Shown one piece after another: positions 19,003 through 28,067 of a stretch of 64,000 nucleotides of DNA. Within the stretch, counting starts at the first letter, position 1; the number at the start of each line of letters is the position of its first letter. The notes under the pieces are model-generated. The model searched no databases. It was not told the origin of the DNA and saw only the letters and a program-made list of their open reading frames with translations. A program made the position numbers and the translations under genes. The stretch comes from an uncultured Aliarcobacter sp. (GTDB lineage Bacteria; Campylobacterota; Campylobacteria; Campylobacterales; Arcobacteraceae): NCBI GenBank assembly GCA_963664305.2, contig CAXXLV010000001.1, positions 224,001 to 288,000 of the forward strand, written 5' to 3'.

Positions 19003-21017
19003 TACATATAATCTATATTTTCTTCTCTATTTTTATTCTCTTCTTTTAATTGTAATACATTTTGTGTATCCATTTGTCTTTCAAATCTTCTCTCTTGATT
19101 AGATTGACTATTTTGATTATTTGAAGATTGACTATCACTTTGAGTAGAAGAACTAAAATCTAAATTAAACTCCGTATAATCATTAAATGTTTTATTTAAA
19201 GAATTTCTTAAAACATTTTGATTGTCTACAAATGTATCTAACGTTGTAGGATTTGAAATGCTCATACTAATTGATAATCCATTATTTCTATCATTTTTCA
19301 TTAAAATTGCAATATTTCCTAAATCTACTGGATTTAAGTTAATTCTAAAAACTGTAACTGGAGGTTTATAATTTTCATACATTTGTCTTGCAATATCAGA
19401 CATCATTGTTGACATTTGTTGTTTTGCACCTATAATTTTCGACTGGATATTATATGACAATGGAGAATTAACGTTAACTGCTACATCATCTGAAACATTT
19501 AAAGTATTATCTAGTAACGCTGCACTTGCATCTACCGATTTTGTAATTAAATTTTTAATATCAACTGTTCTAATATTTTTTTCATTTAATAAAGAATCTA
19601 AAATATTTTTTTTATCTAAAGTATCTAAATCTTCTTTTTTAACTATTCCCAAAGTTTCTTTTTGGATATTTTGTTCTATATCCAAATCTTCTAATCCTAA
19701 ATCTAAAATATTTGCACTTTTTTCAATATCTTTTAAAGAAGCACCATCTTTCAATAAACTAATTGCTTCACCTTTATTAAATAAAACTTGATTATTTAAT
19801 AAATTTTTCTGTTCACTCAAATAAATATTTGAAATTAACTCTTTCGAATTTACTTCACCTTTTAATAAAACTATTTCTGTTTCATCTGAAGTTTTTAAAT
19901 TTGCTTTTTCCATATTTTTTTGAATTAATATATCCATTAAACTTTTTTTCTCTTCAGGTTTATTCTCTGGATCTATTATATTTTTTGATACAGTTTGATT
20001 TTGAGTATTTTCAATTTCTAATAAACCGCTATCATCTACAATATTTTGTGCTTCAGTATTAGTAATTTTTGTTTCATTTTCTAATAATATATTATTATCA
20101 ACTATTTTATTTATAATTGATTCATCTAATAAAGTTGAAGTTTCTTCTATTTTGTTCTCATCAACTTTAGTTTCTGATTTGTTATTTACTATATTTTCAA
20201 CTAATATTTCTTCTTTTATATTATTTTCTAACTTCGTAACTTCAAATTTATTTTCTTTATCTTCAGTGTTGTTTTTTTCTAATTTATTTTCTTTATTTGT
20301 TACATTATCTAAAACTAACTCTAAATCTTTTTTTGTATTAGTTTTTGATTCTTCCACAATTACATCATTTTCTGGCATTGTTATTTGAAGATTTTCTTTA
20401 ATTTCTGGTTCAGTTGTAAGTTCTTCAACAATTGAATTATTTTGTAAATTTGTTTGCTCTTCTACTTTTGTTTCAATATCTGTATTAATTGGCTTATCAT
20501 CTTTAACGGGTATTTCTAATTCCGTTTCTGTACTAAGTAATGGTTCTTTTTGATTATTTACTATTTCTTCAGATAACTCATTTTTAACAAGTAATGAATT
20601 TTTAACATCTTCATTTTTTGAATTATCAATATTTTCTAAATTTGAAGTTTCTATTTTTGAAGGAGTTTCTTGTAAAATATTCTTTAATGTTGATTTTGTT
20701 CCATCTTCACTTAATTCATTTTTTGCTTCAATTATTAATCTATCTAACAATGAATTTGAGCTTGTAGAACTTGTTTTTACTTCTGCTTCTACTTTAGTAG
20801 TTTCAGTTTTTACTTCTTTTAATAAATTTGTTTCTTTATTTAATTCAGGTTTATTTGACTCAACTTTATGTTGAATGTTTTCATCTTTACTAAAACTTTC
20901 TTTCAATAAAGAATCAAATAATGATGGCTGTTCTTTTACACTATCTTTTTCAGCCGTAGAAGAAACATCAGGAGTAGAAGTTTTTGTTTTTATTAAAATA
21001 TCAGTAACATTTGCCAT
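19002..21017 (-). CDS. fliK: Flagellar hook-length control protein FliK
   Basis: Long acidic low-complexity region, then a T3S4 domain (FRINLNPVDLGNIAI) and a Q/S-rich tail. Confidence 0.85.
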   Translation of the reverse strand: MANVTDILIKTKTSTPDVSSTAEKDSVKEQPSLFDSLLKESFSKDENIQHKVESNKPELNKETNLLKEVKTETTKVEAEVKTSSTSSNSLLDRLIIEAKNELSEDGTKSTLKNILQETPSKIETSNLENIDNSKNEDVKNSLLVKNELSEEIVNNQKEPLLSTETELEIPVKDDKPINTDIETKVEEQTNLQNNSIVEELTTEPEIKENLQITMPENDVIVEESKTNTKKDLELVLDNVTNKENKLEKNNTEDKENKFEVTKLENNIKEEILVENIVNNKSETKVDENKIEETSTLLDESIINKIVDNNILLENETKITNTEAQNIVDDSGLLEIENTQNQTVSKNIIDPENKPEEKKSLMDILIQKNMEKANLKTSDETEIVLLKGEVNSKELISNIYLSEQKNLLNNQVLFNKGEAISLLKDGASLKDIEKSANILDLGLEDLDIEQNIQKETLGIVKKEDLDTLDKKNILDSLLNEKNIRTVDIKNLITKSVDASAALLDNTLNVSDDVAVNVNSPLSYNIQSKIIGAKQQMSTMMSDIARQMYENYKPPVTVFRINLNPVDLGNIAILMKNDRNNGLSISMSISNPTTLDTFVDNQNVLRNSLNKTFNDYTEFNLDFSSSTQSDSQSSNNQNSQSNQERRFERQMDTQNVLQLKEENKNREENIDYM

Positions 21018-21023
21018 AATTTT

Positions 21024-21488
21024 TTACACAGTTAATATATCTAAAGTTTTAGAATCTATATTTTTATGAGTATTAAATGAAGAAACATTCGCTTCATATG
21101 ATCTCATTGCCTCAATTAAATCAACCATTTCTATAACTGGATTTATATCTGGATAAGCTACATATCCTTGTTCGTTAGCATCTGGATGATTTGGCTCATA
21201 TTTCATTACAGGTTTTGCATCAGATTGAAGTATCGATTTAACACCAACACCTCTTAAAGAAACATCAGAGCTTGCATTATTTGTCGTTTCTACATCATTT
21301 GAATTTGTTTTTTTATTAGTATTTGAAATCAAAACATCTTCAAAAACAACTTGTTGCTTTTTATATGGTCCACCTTCAGCAGTATGAGTTGTTTTTGCAT
21401 TTGCAATATTTGCACTTACAACATTGATTCTTGTTCTTTGTGCACTCATTCCAGATGAGGCAACATTATAACCATCAAAAAAACCCAT
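21024..21488 (-). CDS. flgC: Basal body rod protein FlgC
   Basis: SSGMSAQRTRINVVSANIAN; YEPNHPDA; EMVDLIEAMRSYEAN. Confidence 0.97.
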   Translation of the reverse strand: MGFFDGYNVASSGMSAQRTRINVVSANIANAKTTHTAEGGPYKKQQVVFEDVLISNTNKKTNSNDVETTNNASSDVSLRGVGVKSILQSDAKPVMKYEPNHPDANEQGYVAYPDINPVIEMVDLIEAMRSYEANVSSFNTHKNIDSKTLDILTV

Positions 21489-21500
21489 GACTACTCCTTA

Positions 21501-21800
21501 TTAAACTTGCATTCTCATTATCTCTTTATATGCACTAATAGCTTTATTATTAACTTCTAATGCTAATTTCATAGATAATTCTGCTTCTTCTATTCTTTGA
21601 ACTGCTTCTTGTAAATTTGTTACTTTACCAGTAGCTATTCCTTCCATTGCATCATAACCTTTTACTTGTTGGTTATTTACATCAGAGATAGCATCATTTA
21701 GCATACTTTGAAATGATTTATCTTCATTACTATTCTCTACATTATTACTATTATTCATTCCTAATACATTTAAAGAATTAGCAATTGATGAAATATTCAA
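21501..21800 (-). CDS. fliE: Hook-basal body protein FliE
   Basis: C-terminal AELSMKLALEVNNKAISAYKEIMRMQV. Confidence 0.95.
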   Translation of the reverse strand: MNISSIANSLNVLGMNNSNNVENSNEDKSFQSMLNDAISDVNNQQVKGYDAMEGIATGKVTNLQEAVQRIEEAELSMKLALEVNNKAISAYKEIMRMQV

Positions 21801-21810
21801 AATTTACTCC

Positions 21811-22146
21811 TTATTTTGCTTTTGTCAAGTTTTTTTCATTTGTATCTATGATATCTTTCACAGATAATTCATCTAACATAACTTGTATTTTTTCTTTGTT
21901 ATATTTAAAATCAAATTCATTTCTTTTATTTTCAAGACTAAACAAACTTATAATTAATGAAAGCATCATATTACTTATGCCTTTTAAAATTATCGTTACT
22001 AAAATTATACCTAATAACATCTCTGTTGGAGTAAATAATTCTGCATTAATTGTAAAAAATATTAAAGTTGCAAAAAAACCAGTAGCTATATAAAGTCTAA
22101 AGATGCCACTATTTATTACTGTTTGAGAGAATCGTTCTATTATCAT
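21811..22146 (-). CDS. flgV: Two-TM small membrane protein, FlgV-like
   Basis: 111 aa with two TM helices (YIATGFFATLIFF, PTEMLLGIILVTII) and a charged tail. It lies directly downstream of flhF-flhG, where flgV sits in Campylobacter/Helicobacter. Confidence 0.55.
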   Translation of the reverse strand: MIIERFSQTVINSGIFRLYIATGFFATLIFFTINAELFTPTEMLLGIILVTIILKGISNMMLSLIISLFSLENKRNEFDFKYNKEKIQVMLDELSVKDIIDTNEKNLTKAK

Positions 22147-22186
22147 ATAATATCTTTAACAATAAAAATAAAAATTATTGAAGCTA

Positions 22187-22195
22187 AATTTAGCA
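22187..22195 (-). promoter_or_regulatory. Extended -10 sigma70-type promoter upstream of the flgV-like gene
   Basis: Minus strand TGcTAAATT about 40 nt upstream of the ATG. Confidence 0.4.
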
Positions 22196-22209
22196 CTTAG
22201 AACAAACCT

Positions 22210-23028
22210 TTAATGAATATTTTGTAATATTTTATCGATAATTATATGCAACTGCCTAGTCGTTTCATCTGTTGAAAACTCATTAACAAACAACTTTCTT
22301 AAACGTCCAGTTGTTGAAATATTTGCTGAAGTTGAAACGTTTCCTATATATTCTACCATAAAATCTTCTCTTAAACTATTTTTTTTTCCTAAATTTACTA
22401 AAGAATTGGCAATAGTTTCTCCAATTTGATGAGTTCTTGTGTGATTAAAACATAACATTAATTTATTTTTATCTAAAGATAACATTTTCATTAAAGAATA
22501 AACATCTGTTAAAGCACTTGGGTCAGTTGTTGTAATTGCTAAAATATTATCAGATACTGATAAAAATTCTCTAACATAATCATTTAATCCAGCACCCGTA
22601 TCTATTAATAAAATGTCATACCTATTAAGTGCTAATATATCTTTAACTATTCTTGAGAATAAAAAACTATTTTTATTAGAAGTATATTGATATCCACTTT
22701 TTCCAGCTATTAGTGAAACATTTTCATAAATTGTTTTAGTAATTACTTCATCTAAAGTTTTAATACCATTTATATATTCAAAAAGTGTATTTTGAGGTTT
22801 TAAATCAAATAATACTTGCATATTTGCAAGACCAATATCTGCATCTAAGACTGCAACATTAAATCCTCTACGAGCAAGTAAAAAAGCCATATTTGCTGTT
22901 ATTGTTGATTTTCCAACTCCACCTTTTCCTGAAGTAATTGTTAAAAGTTTTGTTTTAGAGTAGTTTTTTTTTACCCCACTTGTAAGTTTTACTAATTTAC
23001 TAGCTTGAGAAGATATAGTATCAAACAC
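22210..23028 (-). CDS. flhG: MinD-like ATPase FlhG/FleN
   Basis: GTG start; TSGKGGVGKS; DADIGLAN; DTGAG; downstream of flhF. Confidence 0.95.
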   Translation of the reverse strand: MFDTISSQASKLVKLTSGVKKNYSKTKLLTITSGKGGVGKSTITANMAFLLARRGFNVAVLDADIGLANMQVLFDLKPQNTLFEYINGIKTLDEVITKTIYENVSLIAGKSGYQYTSNKNSFLFSRIVKDILALNRYDILLIDTGAGLNDYVREFLSVSDNILAITTTDPSALTDVYSLMKMLSLDKNKLMLCFNHTRTHQIGETIANSLVNLGKKNSLREDFMVEYIGNVSTSANISTTGRLRKLFVNEFSTDETTRQLHIIIDKILQNIH

Positions 23029-23030
23029 TA

Positions 23031-24182
23031 TTATCTCCTAATACATTGATTATTCATAAAACAATCAATTAAAAAAGAAGAATCTGAAACAATTAAATCA
23101 TCAGGAACATTTTGACCAATTGAAAAATATGTAATTGATTTTTTTGTTTTATGTGCAAAAGATATCAAGTTTCCAAAACTTTTTGTTTCATCTAATTTTG
23201 TAAATGTTAAATAATCAATTGATAATCTTGAATAATTTTTATAAATCTCAAGTAAATCACTATGTTTAACATTTGCAGGAAGAACTAATATTTTTTCTAT
23301 TGGTAACTCTTCTACTCTTTTTTGATATTCATTTATTAGTTCAATTTTATCAATATCATATTGACTAGATCCTGCTGTATCAATAAAAATATAATTACAA
23401 TCTTTTAATCTTAAAAGTGCTTCAGATAAACCTTCAGGTTTTTTTACTATTTCTAAAGGTAATCTCATAATATTTGTATATGCTTGTAACTGCTCAATTG
23501 CTCCAACTCTAAAAGAGTCTAAAGTTACAATCCCTACTTTATAATTTTGTCCTAATTTATAAGCATATCTTGCTGCAAGTTTTGAGATAGTTGTTGTTTT
23601 TCCAACACCAGTTGGTCCAACCATCATTATGATTTTTCTTTGATGTTTTCTTAAAGGAACTTCATGTTTTATTGGAATTACTCTTCTTAGAATTAATTTA
23701 AAAAAATCATTAACTTTTTTTGGATTAGACTTTAATGCAATTGGAAGTTGTTTTATAGTCTTCTTCATAATTGTATAAGTCATTTCTTGATCAAATTCAT
23801 TTTGCTCAAATATATTATACATTGATGCAAATTCAGGAGGAATTGTTAAATCATAAAGTTGACTTTTTGGATTCCAAATTGATTTTTGAACTTGTTCTAA
23901 AACACTTTGCATTTTTAAAATTTCTTCTTTGAAATCATATACTTGTGTTTTAATTGGTTGGGAATTTTCAGATGCTTTACTAATTGCTGATTTTGTATAG
24001 ATTAAATTCTTTTTTTTATCTTCATCTTCAATAGCAACAACAACTTCATACATATCTTTCGATGTACCTTTTGCATTTGCTATTTTTTTTGTTGATATTA
24101 CAATTGCATCTTCTCCACACTCTTCTTGAGCTAATCTTAGAGCAATTGTAGGTGTTTCTCCTAAAAAAGAGAGCATATTCAT
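23031..24182 (-). CDS. flhF: SRP-family GTPase FlhF
   Basis: GPTGVGKTTT, DSFRVGA, DTAG, TKLDE, GQNVPDDL. Confidence 0.97.
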   Translation of the reverse strand: MNMLSFLGETPTIALRLAQEECGEDAIVISTKKIANAKGTSKDMYEVVVAIEDEDKKKNLIYTKSAISKASENSQPIKTQVYDFKEEILKMQSVLEQVQKSIWNPKSQLYDLTIPPEFASMYNIFEQNEFDQEMTYTIMKKTIKQLPIALKSNPKKVNDFFKLILRRVIPIKHEVPLRKHQRKIIMMVGPTGVGKTTTISKLAARYAYKLGQNYKVGIVTLDSFRVGAIEQLQAYTNIMRLPLEIVKKPEGLSEALLRLKDCNYIFIDTAGSSQYDIDKIELINEYQKRVEELPIEKILVLPANVKHSDLLEIYKNYSRLSIDYLTFTKLDETKSFGNLISFAHKTKKSITYFSIGQNVPDDLIVSDSSFLIDCFMNNQCIRR

Positions 24183-24574
24183 TTTAATCTTCCATCTTTA
24201 TAAATTTGTTCGATTGTCCCATCTATATTTTTTATACGAATAAATTCGTTATTTTCATAAATGATTTTACCTTTTTTTTCTATTTTAACTCCACCAAAAT
24301 CAAATACAACAGACTCATTTTCATATTTTTTAACATCTTTTGTACAAATAATTGTATTTTGATTTATATAGTGTGTTGTTATGTAATCTCCATTTTGTAA
24401 TTCTGATAATTTTAATGGAATACAATATTTATTTACTTCAGAAACATTTTGTAATTTAACTTTACTACTATCTAATTTTTCTTCATAATTTATTGCTTGT
24501 GTTGATACTAATACACTTACAGCAAATAAATTAACACTTAATAAAAAAGATAGAAAACTAAGCTTTAATATCAA
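24179..24574 (-). CDS. flgA: FlgA-like P-ring chaperone (SAF domain), short form
   Basis: Probable TTG start at 24574 after GGAGGA; signal peptide; SAF-like segment, then VKIEKKGKI...IRIKN resembling the FlgA C-terminus. Confidence 0.6.
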   Translation of the reverse strand: MILKLSFLSFLLSVNLFAVSVLVSTQAINYEEKLDSSKVKLQNVSEVNKYCIPLKLSELQNGDYITTHYINQNTIICTKDVKKYENESVVFDFGGVKIEKKGKIIYENNEFIRIKNIDGTIEQIYKDGRLK

Positions 24575-24935
24575 AAATTCTTCCTCCATTAGCTGCACTA
24601 ATTTCTGAAACTAATTCTTTATACATTTGTTGGACTGGTAAAACAATAGAGGCTAATTTTTTATTTAATTCATAAAGTTCTTTTAGTTGAATTTCAAGAG
24701 AATCAACGCTACTTCTATAAATATTCACATCTACTCCTTCTTGAATTTTTTTCACTAATTCTTGATTTAATAAAGCTTTTAGATTTGTAATCTCATCAAT
24801 TAATACATGTTTTCTATCATTTCTTTTTAATAATTCTTCATGTTTTGCAGCTTTAATATCTGATATATCTTGATTTATTGATTCTTTTAATTCATTTACT
24901 AATGAAGACATTTTATTTACTATATTTTCAACCAT
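24558..24935 (-). CDS. flgN: FlgN-like flagellar export chaperone
   Basis: Helical 125 aa; DISDIKAAKHEEL and LKELYELNKKLA; follows flgJ. Confidence 0.7.
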   Translation of the reverse strand: MVENIVNKMSSLVNELKESINQDISDIKAAKHEELLKRNDRKHVLIDEITNLKALLNQELVKKIQEGVDVNIYRSSVDSLEIQLKELYELNKKLASIVLPVQQMYKELVSEISAANGGRIFDIKA

Positions 24936-24947
24936 GAATGAACCTTT

Positions 24948-25247
24948 TTATTTATTATTTTTACTTAAAAAATCAAATAACATATCACTTATTCCTAATG
25001 TCCCACTTGAACCATCAGCTACAGATTGAATATACATACTCTTGATAATATCTGAACCTGGACTTTCACCTGCAATATTTGTAGAACGTAATGAAACATC
25101 TAATATTTGATTTAAGAAAAATGATTCAAAATCATTACTAACTTTTCTTAATGTTTCTTCATCATTAATATTTTCAGATTTTATATTATCAAACTTTTTT
25201 GTTTGTAAAACATCACTATTGATTAAGTTATTGCTATTTATTTCCAT
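24948..25247 (-). CDS. flgJ: Single-domain rod-capping protein FlgJ (no muramidase)
   Basis: LRKVSNDFESFF, DIIKSMY, GISDML rod-binding motifs. Confidence 0.85.
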   Translation of the reverse strand: MEINSNNLINSDVLQTKKFDNIKSENINDEETLRKVSNDFESFFLNQILDVSLRSTNIAGESPGSDIIKSMYIQSVADGSSGTLGISDMLFDFLSKNNK

Positions 25248-26026
25248 TATTCCAACCTATCAAAGAAATTTTCTTCACTTAATATATCTTGTTGATTATC
25301 CTGAGAAAAGAATCTCATTTCAACTCTTCTATTATCAGCTGCAACATCACTTTTTGGATGATAAGAACCATATGCTGAAACTTTTAAAGTTGCTGGATCT
25401 ATCTTATTTTTTATTAATTCTTTTACAACAGAAATTGATCTTAATGCAGAAATATCCCATGCATCTCTTGGTATTTTATCACTAATTACTCTATTTGTAT
25501 CAGTATGACCAATTATTTCTATATTAAATGTTTGAGGCATCGTTCTAATAACCCTTGCAATTTTTGAAATAAAGATTTTTGCACTTTGGTTTGTTAATTC
25601 ATATTGACCATCTTCAAACATAATTGTTGAAGGAATATCCAATGTAAATTCGTTTTTACCTTTTTCTATACTAATTTCTTGAGATTCAATATTTTGATTT
25701 GAATTTAATTCCTCAACCATTTGAGAAACTTCTTGAACACTATTATCAAATGAACTCTCACTTGATTCATTATTATTTTGTGACTCTGAATTTGTACTAT
25801 CTTTTGTAGAATACGAATCACTTTGTGTTTCAACATCTGTTGAAGCATCAATAAATCCCATTGCCTTCTTCATAATATCGAAATATTCTTCAACTTTCTT
25901 TTTATCCATTACTGCCATAGAAAGTAAAAGAATAAAAAAAGTTAGTAACAAAGACATTAAATCCCCAAATTGAACTAACCATCCAGGTAAACATTTTGGG
26001 CATTCAGGACATTTGTTTTTAGCCAT
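25247..26026 (-). CDS. motB: Stator B subunit (MotB/PomB-type)
   Basis: WLVQFGDLMSLLLTFFILL TM with the essential Asp22; OmpA-like domain IIGHTD, WDISALR, NRRVE. Confidence 0.95.
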   Translation of the reverse strand: MAKNKCPECPKCLPGWLVQFGDLMSLLLTFFILLLSMAVMDKKKVEEYFDIMKKAMGFIDASTDVETQSDSYSTKDSTNSESQNNNESSESSFDNSVQEVSQMVEELNSNQNIESQEISIEKGKNEFTLDIPSTIMFEDGQYELTNQSAKIFISKIARVIRTMPQTFNIEIIGHTDTNRVISDKIPRDAWDISALRSISVVKELIKNKIDPATLKVSAYGSYHPKSDVAADNRRVEMRFFSQDNQQDILSEENFFDRLE

Positions 26027-26035
26027 AATTATACT

Positions 26036-26791
26036 TTATTCTATAACTTCAGTTAAAATTGCATTTAATTGCATTTTTATATTACCAATTGATTCTTCTG
26101 CTGCAATCATTGCTGCACCATGAATTATAACTTCACAAGCTGTAACTTCAACACTATGTTTTTGAGACAACTTATTTTCCATAATTCCAGCAAATAATGT
26201 ACCTAATAATGCTCCATACATTGTTGTAAGTAAGGCAACTGCCATTGCAGGTCCAACAGAAGCTGGGTCAGATAAGTTAGCAAGCATTGCTACAAGACCA
26301 ACAAGAGTTCCAATCATTCCCATAGCTCCAGCTGTTCCACCAATATTTCCAAAAATACTAATCATTACAGAATGTCTTTTTTCCATATGTTCTAATTTTA
26401 ATTCCATTAAAGGTTGTAATACATCTGGTTTAGTTCCATCAACTAATAATTGAAAAGCTTCTTTAAAAAAAGGATTTGTTTCTTGTAATACTTTTTGTTC
26501 AATTTGCATTACACCATGTTTTTTTATTTCTGTTGCATAAAATACAATTTTTTCTACTAATTCTGGTAAAGGCTCTACTTTTACTCCATTCATAGCAATT
26601 TTCATTGCAGGTACAATTCTTTTTAAATCTTTTCCTTCAAACTGTCCAGCAGTAACTGCAATAGTTCCACCAAAAACAATTACAACAGATGGAATATCAA
26701 TATATGGACCAAAACCAACTCCACCTAAAATAATTGCAAGTGCAACTAACGCCCATCCTGCTCCTAAACCACCAACTGTACTCTTATCCAT
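26036..26791 (-). CDS. motA: Stator A subunit (MotA/PomA-type)
   Basis: IVFGGT, QLLVDG, GMIGTLVGLVAML, GPAMAVALLTTMYG. Confidence 0.95.
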   Translation of the reverse strand: MDKSTVGGLGAGWALVALAIILGGVGFGPYIDIPSVVIVFGGTIAVTAGQFEGKDLKRIVPAMKIAMNGVKVEPLPELVEKIVFYATEIKKHGVMQIEQKVLQETNPFFKEAFQLLVDGTKPDVLQPLMELKLEHMEKRHSVMISIFGNIGGTAGAMGMIGTLVGLVAMLANLSDPASVGPAMAVALLTTMYGALLGTLFAGIMENKLSQKHSVEVTACEVIIHGAAMIAAEESIGNIKMQLNAILTEVIE

Positions 26792-26794
26792 AAA

Positions 26795-27667
26795 TTACAA
26801 TCCTATTTGATTTAATCTTAATTCTTCATTTCCAATTTTTTTAATTTTTAAGCCAAATTTACCTTCAACGATTACAGCTTCACCTTCTCCAATTTTTACA
26901 CCATTTACCAAAATTTCTAAGGGTTCATTTACCATTTGTTCTAATTCTATGATTTCACCAACATCCCATCTTAGAATATCTTTTAATAAAACAACTTTTG
27001 TTCCTAATCTAACACTTAACTTTAATTTTACGTTATAAAGAAGTTCAAGATTTTTTGGAACTTGCATTGACGATACTGAAGCACTACTTACATGCGTAGG
27101 AGAAGATACTACTTGTGCAGGTTTAACTTCAGTTTCAGTAGAGGTAACTACTCCTGTAATAGAAGAAAAAAATGGCAAAATAAATTCATCAAAAGAGATT
27201 ATTATTGGTAATTTCTCATTCTCAAGAGAAATTATAAATTCAAAACAATTGTTTTTTGAAGATAAAATTGAACCTTCAACAATTGAAGCACTTTTTATTT
27301 CTGATTTCAATGAACCAACATCAGGAAGACCTTGAGCATTTACAGCTGTACAAAAACTACCACAAATATTTGAAACAATTTCATTAACAGCATCTGTTAT
27401 TTCATCATCAATGTGCTCTTTCAAATCTCCCATACCACCAAGCATTAAATACTCAAATTTAGTTGCTGTAAGTGTTGGTATATAAAATAATACTTGAGAA
27501 GAAACACCTTTTAAATCAAATTTTACATTACACTCAACCAATTGCGTAGAATCAAAATTCTCATTTACAAGTTTTGAAACTGAATCTACTTGAGAGTTTT
27601 TTGATAATAACTGCTCTAATGTATTTGAAAGTTCATCTTTAAAGATGTTTGATAAATCTGATGCCAA
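26795..27667 (-). CDS. fliY: C-ring protein FliY (CheC-like plus SpoA domain)
   Basis: 290 aa; CheC-like NEIVSN motif; C-terminal SpoA domain (LSVRLG...GEAVIVEGKFGLKI). Confidence 0.85.
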   Translation of the reverse strand: MASDLSNIFKDELSNTLEQLLSKNSQVDSVSKLVNENFDSTQLVECNVKFDLKGVSSQVLFYIPTLTATKFEYLMLGGMGDLKEHIDDEITDAVNEIVSNICGSFCTAVNAQGLPDVGSLKSEIKSASIVEGSILSSKNNCFEFIISLENEKLPIIISFDEFILPFFSSITGVVTSTETEVKPAQVVSSPTHVSSASVSSMQVPKNLELLYNVKLKLSVRLGTKVVLLKDILRWDVGEIIELEQMVNEPLEILVNGVKIGEGEAVIVEGKFGLKIKKIGNEELRLNQIGL

Positions 27668-27676
27668 TTAACTACC

Positions 27677-27991
27677 TTATTCTTTACTGTTTTGTTCTAA
27701 TTCTTGTAAAATATATGCTTTTACTTTCATCATATCCTCAGTTGGATATTTATATTCAGCATCTCCTCGAGTAACTTTCACAAAAAAATCTTTTGAATTT
27801 TTGTTATAACCAAATCTCACATTATCTAGTATAACTTCATTTTTTTCAGCTATATTTTGGTTTCCGATTGATTTTTTATATTCATCATCTTGAATTACTT
27901 TGTTTTTGTCGTTAACTTCGCTAACTTTCTGAACTTTTTCACTATTATTTAATTTTGCATTGTCAATTTCAGCTATTCTTCCAATTTCCAT
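27677..27991 (-). CDS. flaG: FlaG-like flagellar protein
   Basis: NVRFGYN...FFVKV...YPTEDMMKV matches the FlaG C-terminal pattern. Confidence 0.65.
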   Translation of the reverse strand: MEIGRIAEIDNAKLNNSEKVQKVSEVNDKNKVIQDDEYKKSIGNQNIAEKNEVILDNVRFGYNKNSKDFFVKVTRGDAEYKYPTEDMMKVKAYILQELEQNSKE

Positions 27992-28022
27992 GAGGTTCTC
28001 CTAAAAATAACAAATATTAATT

Positions 28023-28031
28023 ATTATAGCA
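28023..28031 (-). promoter_or_regulatory. Extended -10 sigma70 promoter for flaG-fliY-motAB
   Basis: Minus strand TGcTATAAT about 30 nt upstream of the flaG ATG, with AGGAG RBS. Confidence 0.65.
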
Positions 28032-28067
28032 GAAAAAAATTAAATTATTTAAGATTTTTTGGTCAAA

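Noticed and set aside
19900..20900. Low-complexity tract resembling a repeat array
   Set aside because: It is the in-frame FliK linker; no exact repeat-spacer structure, so not CRISPR or VNTR.
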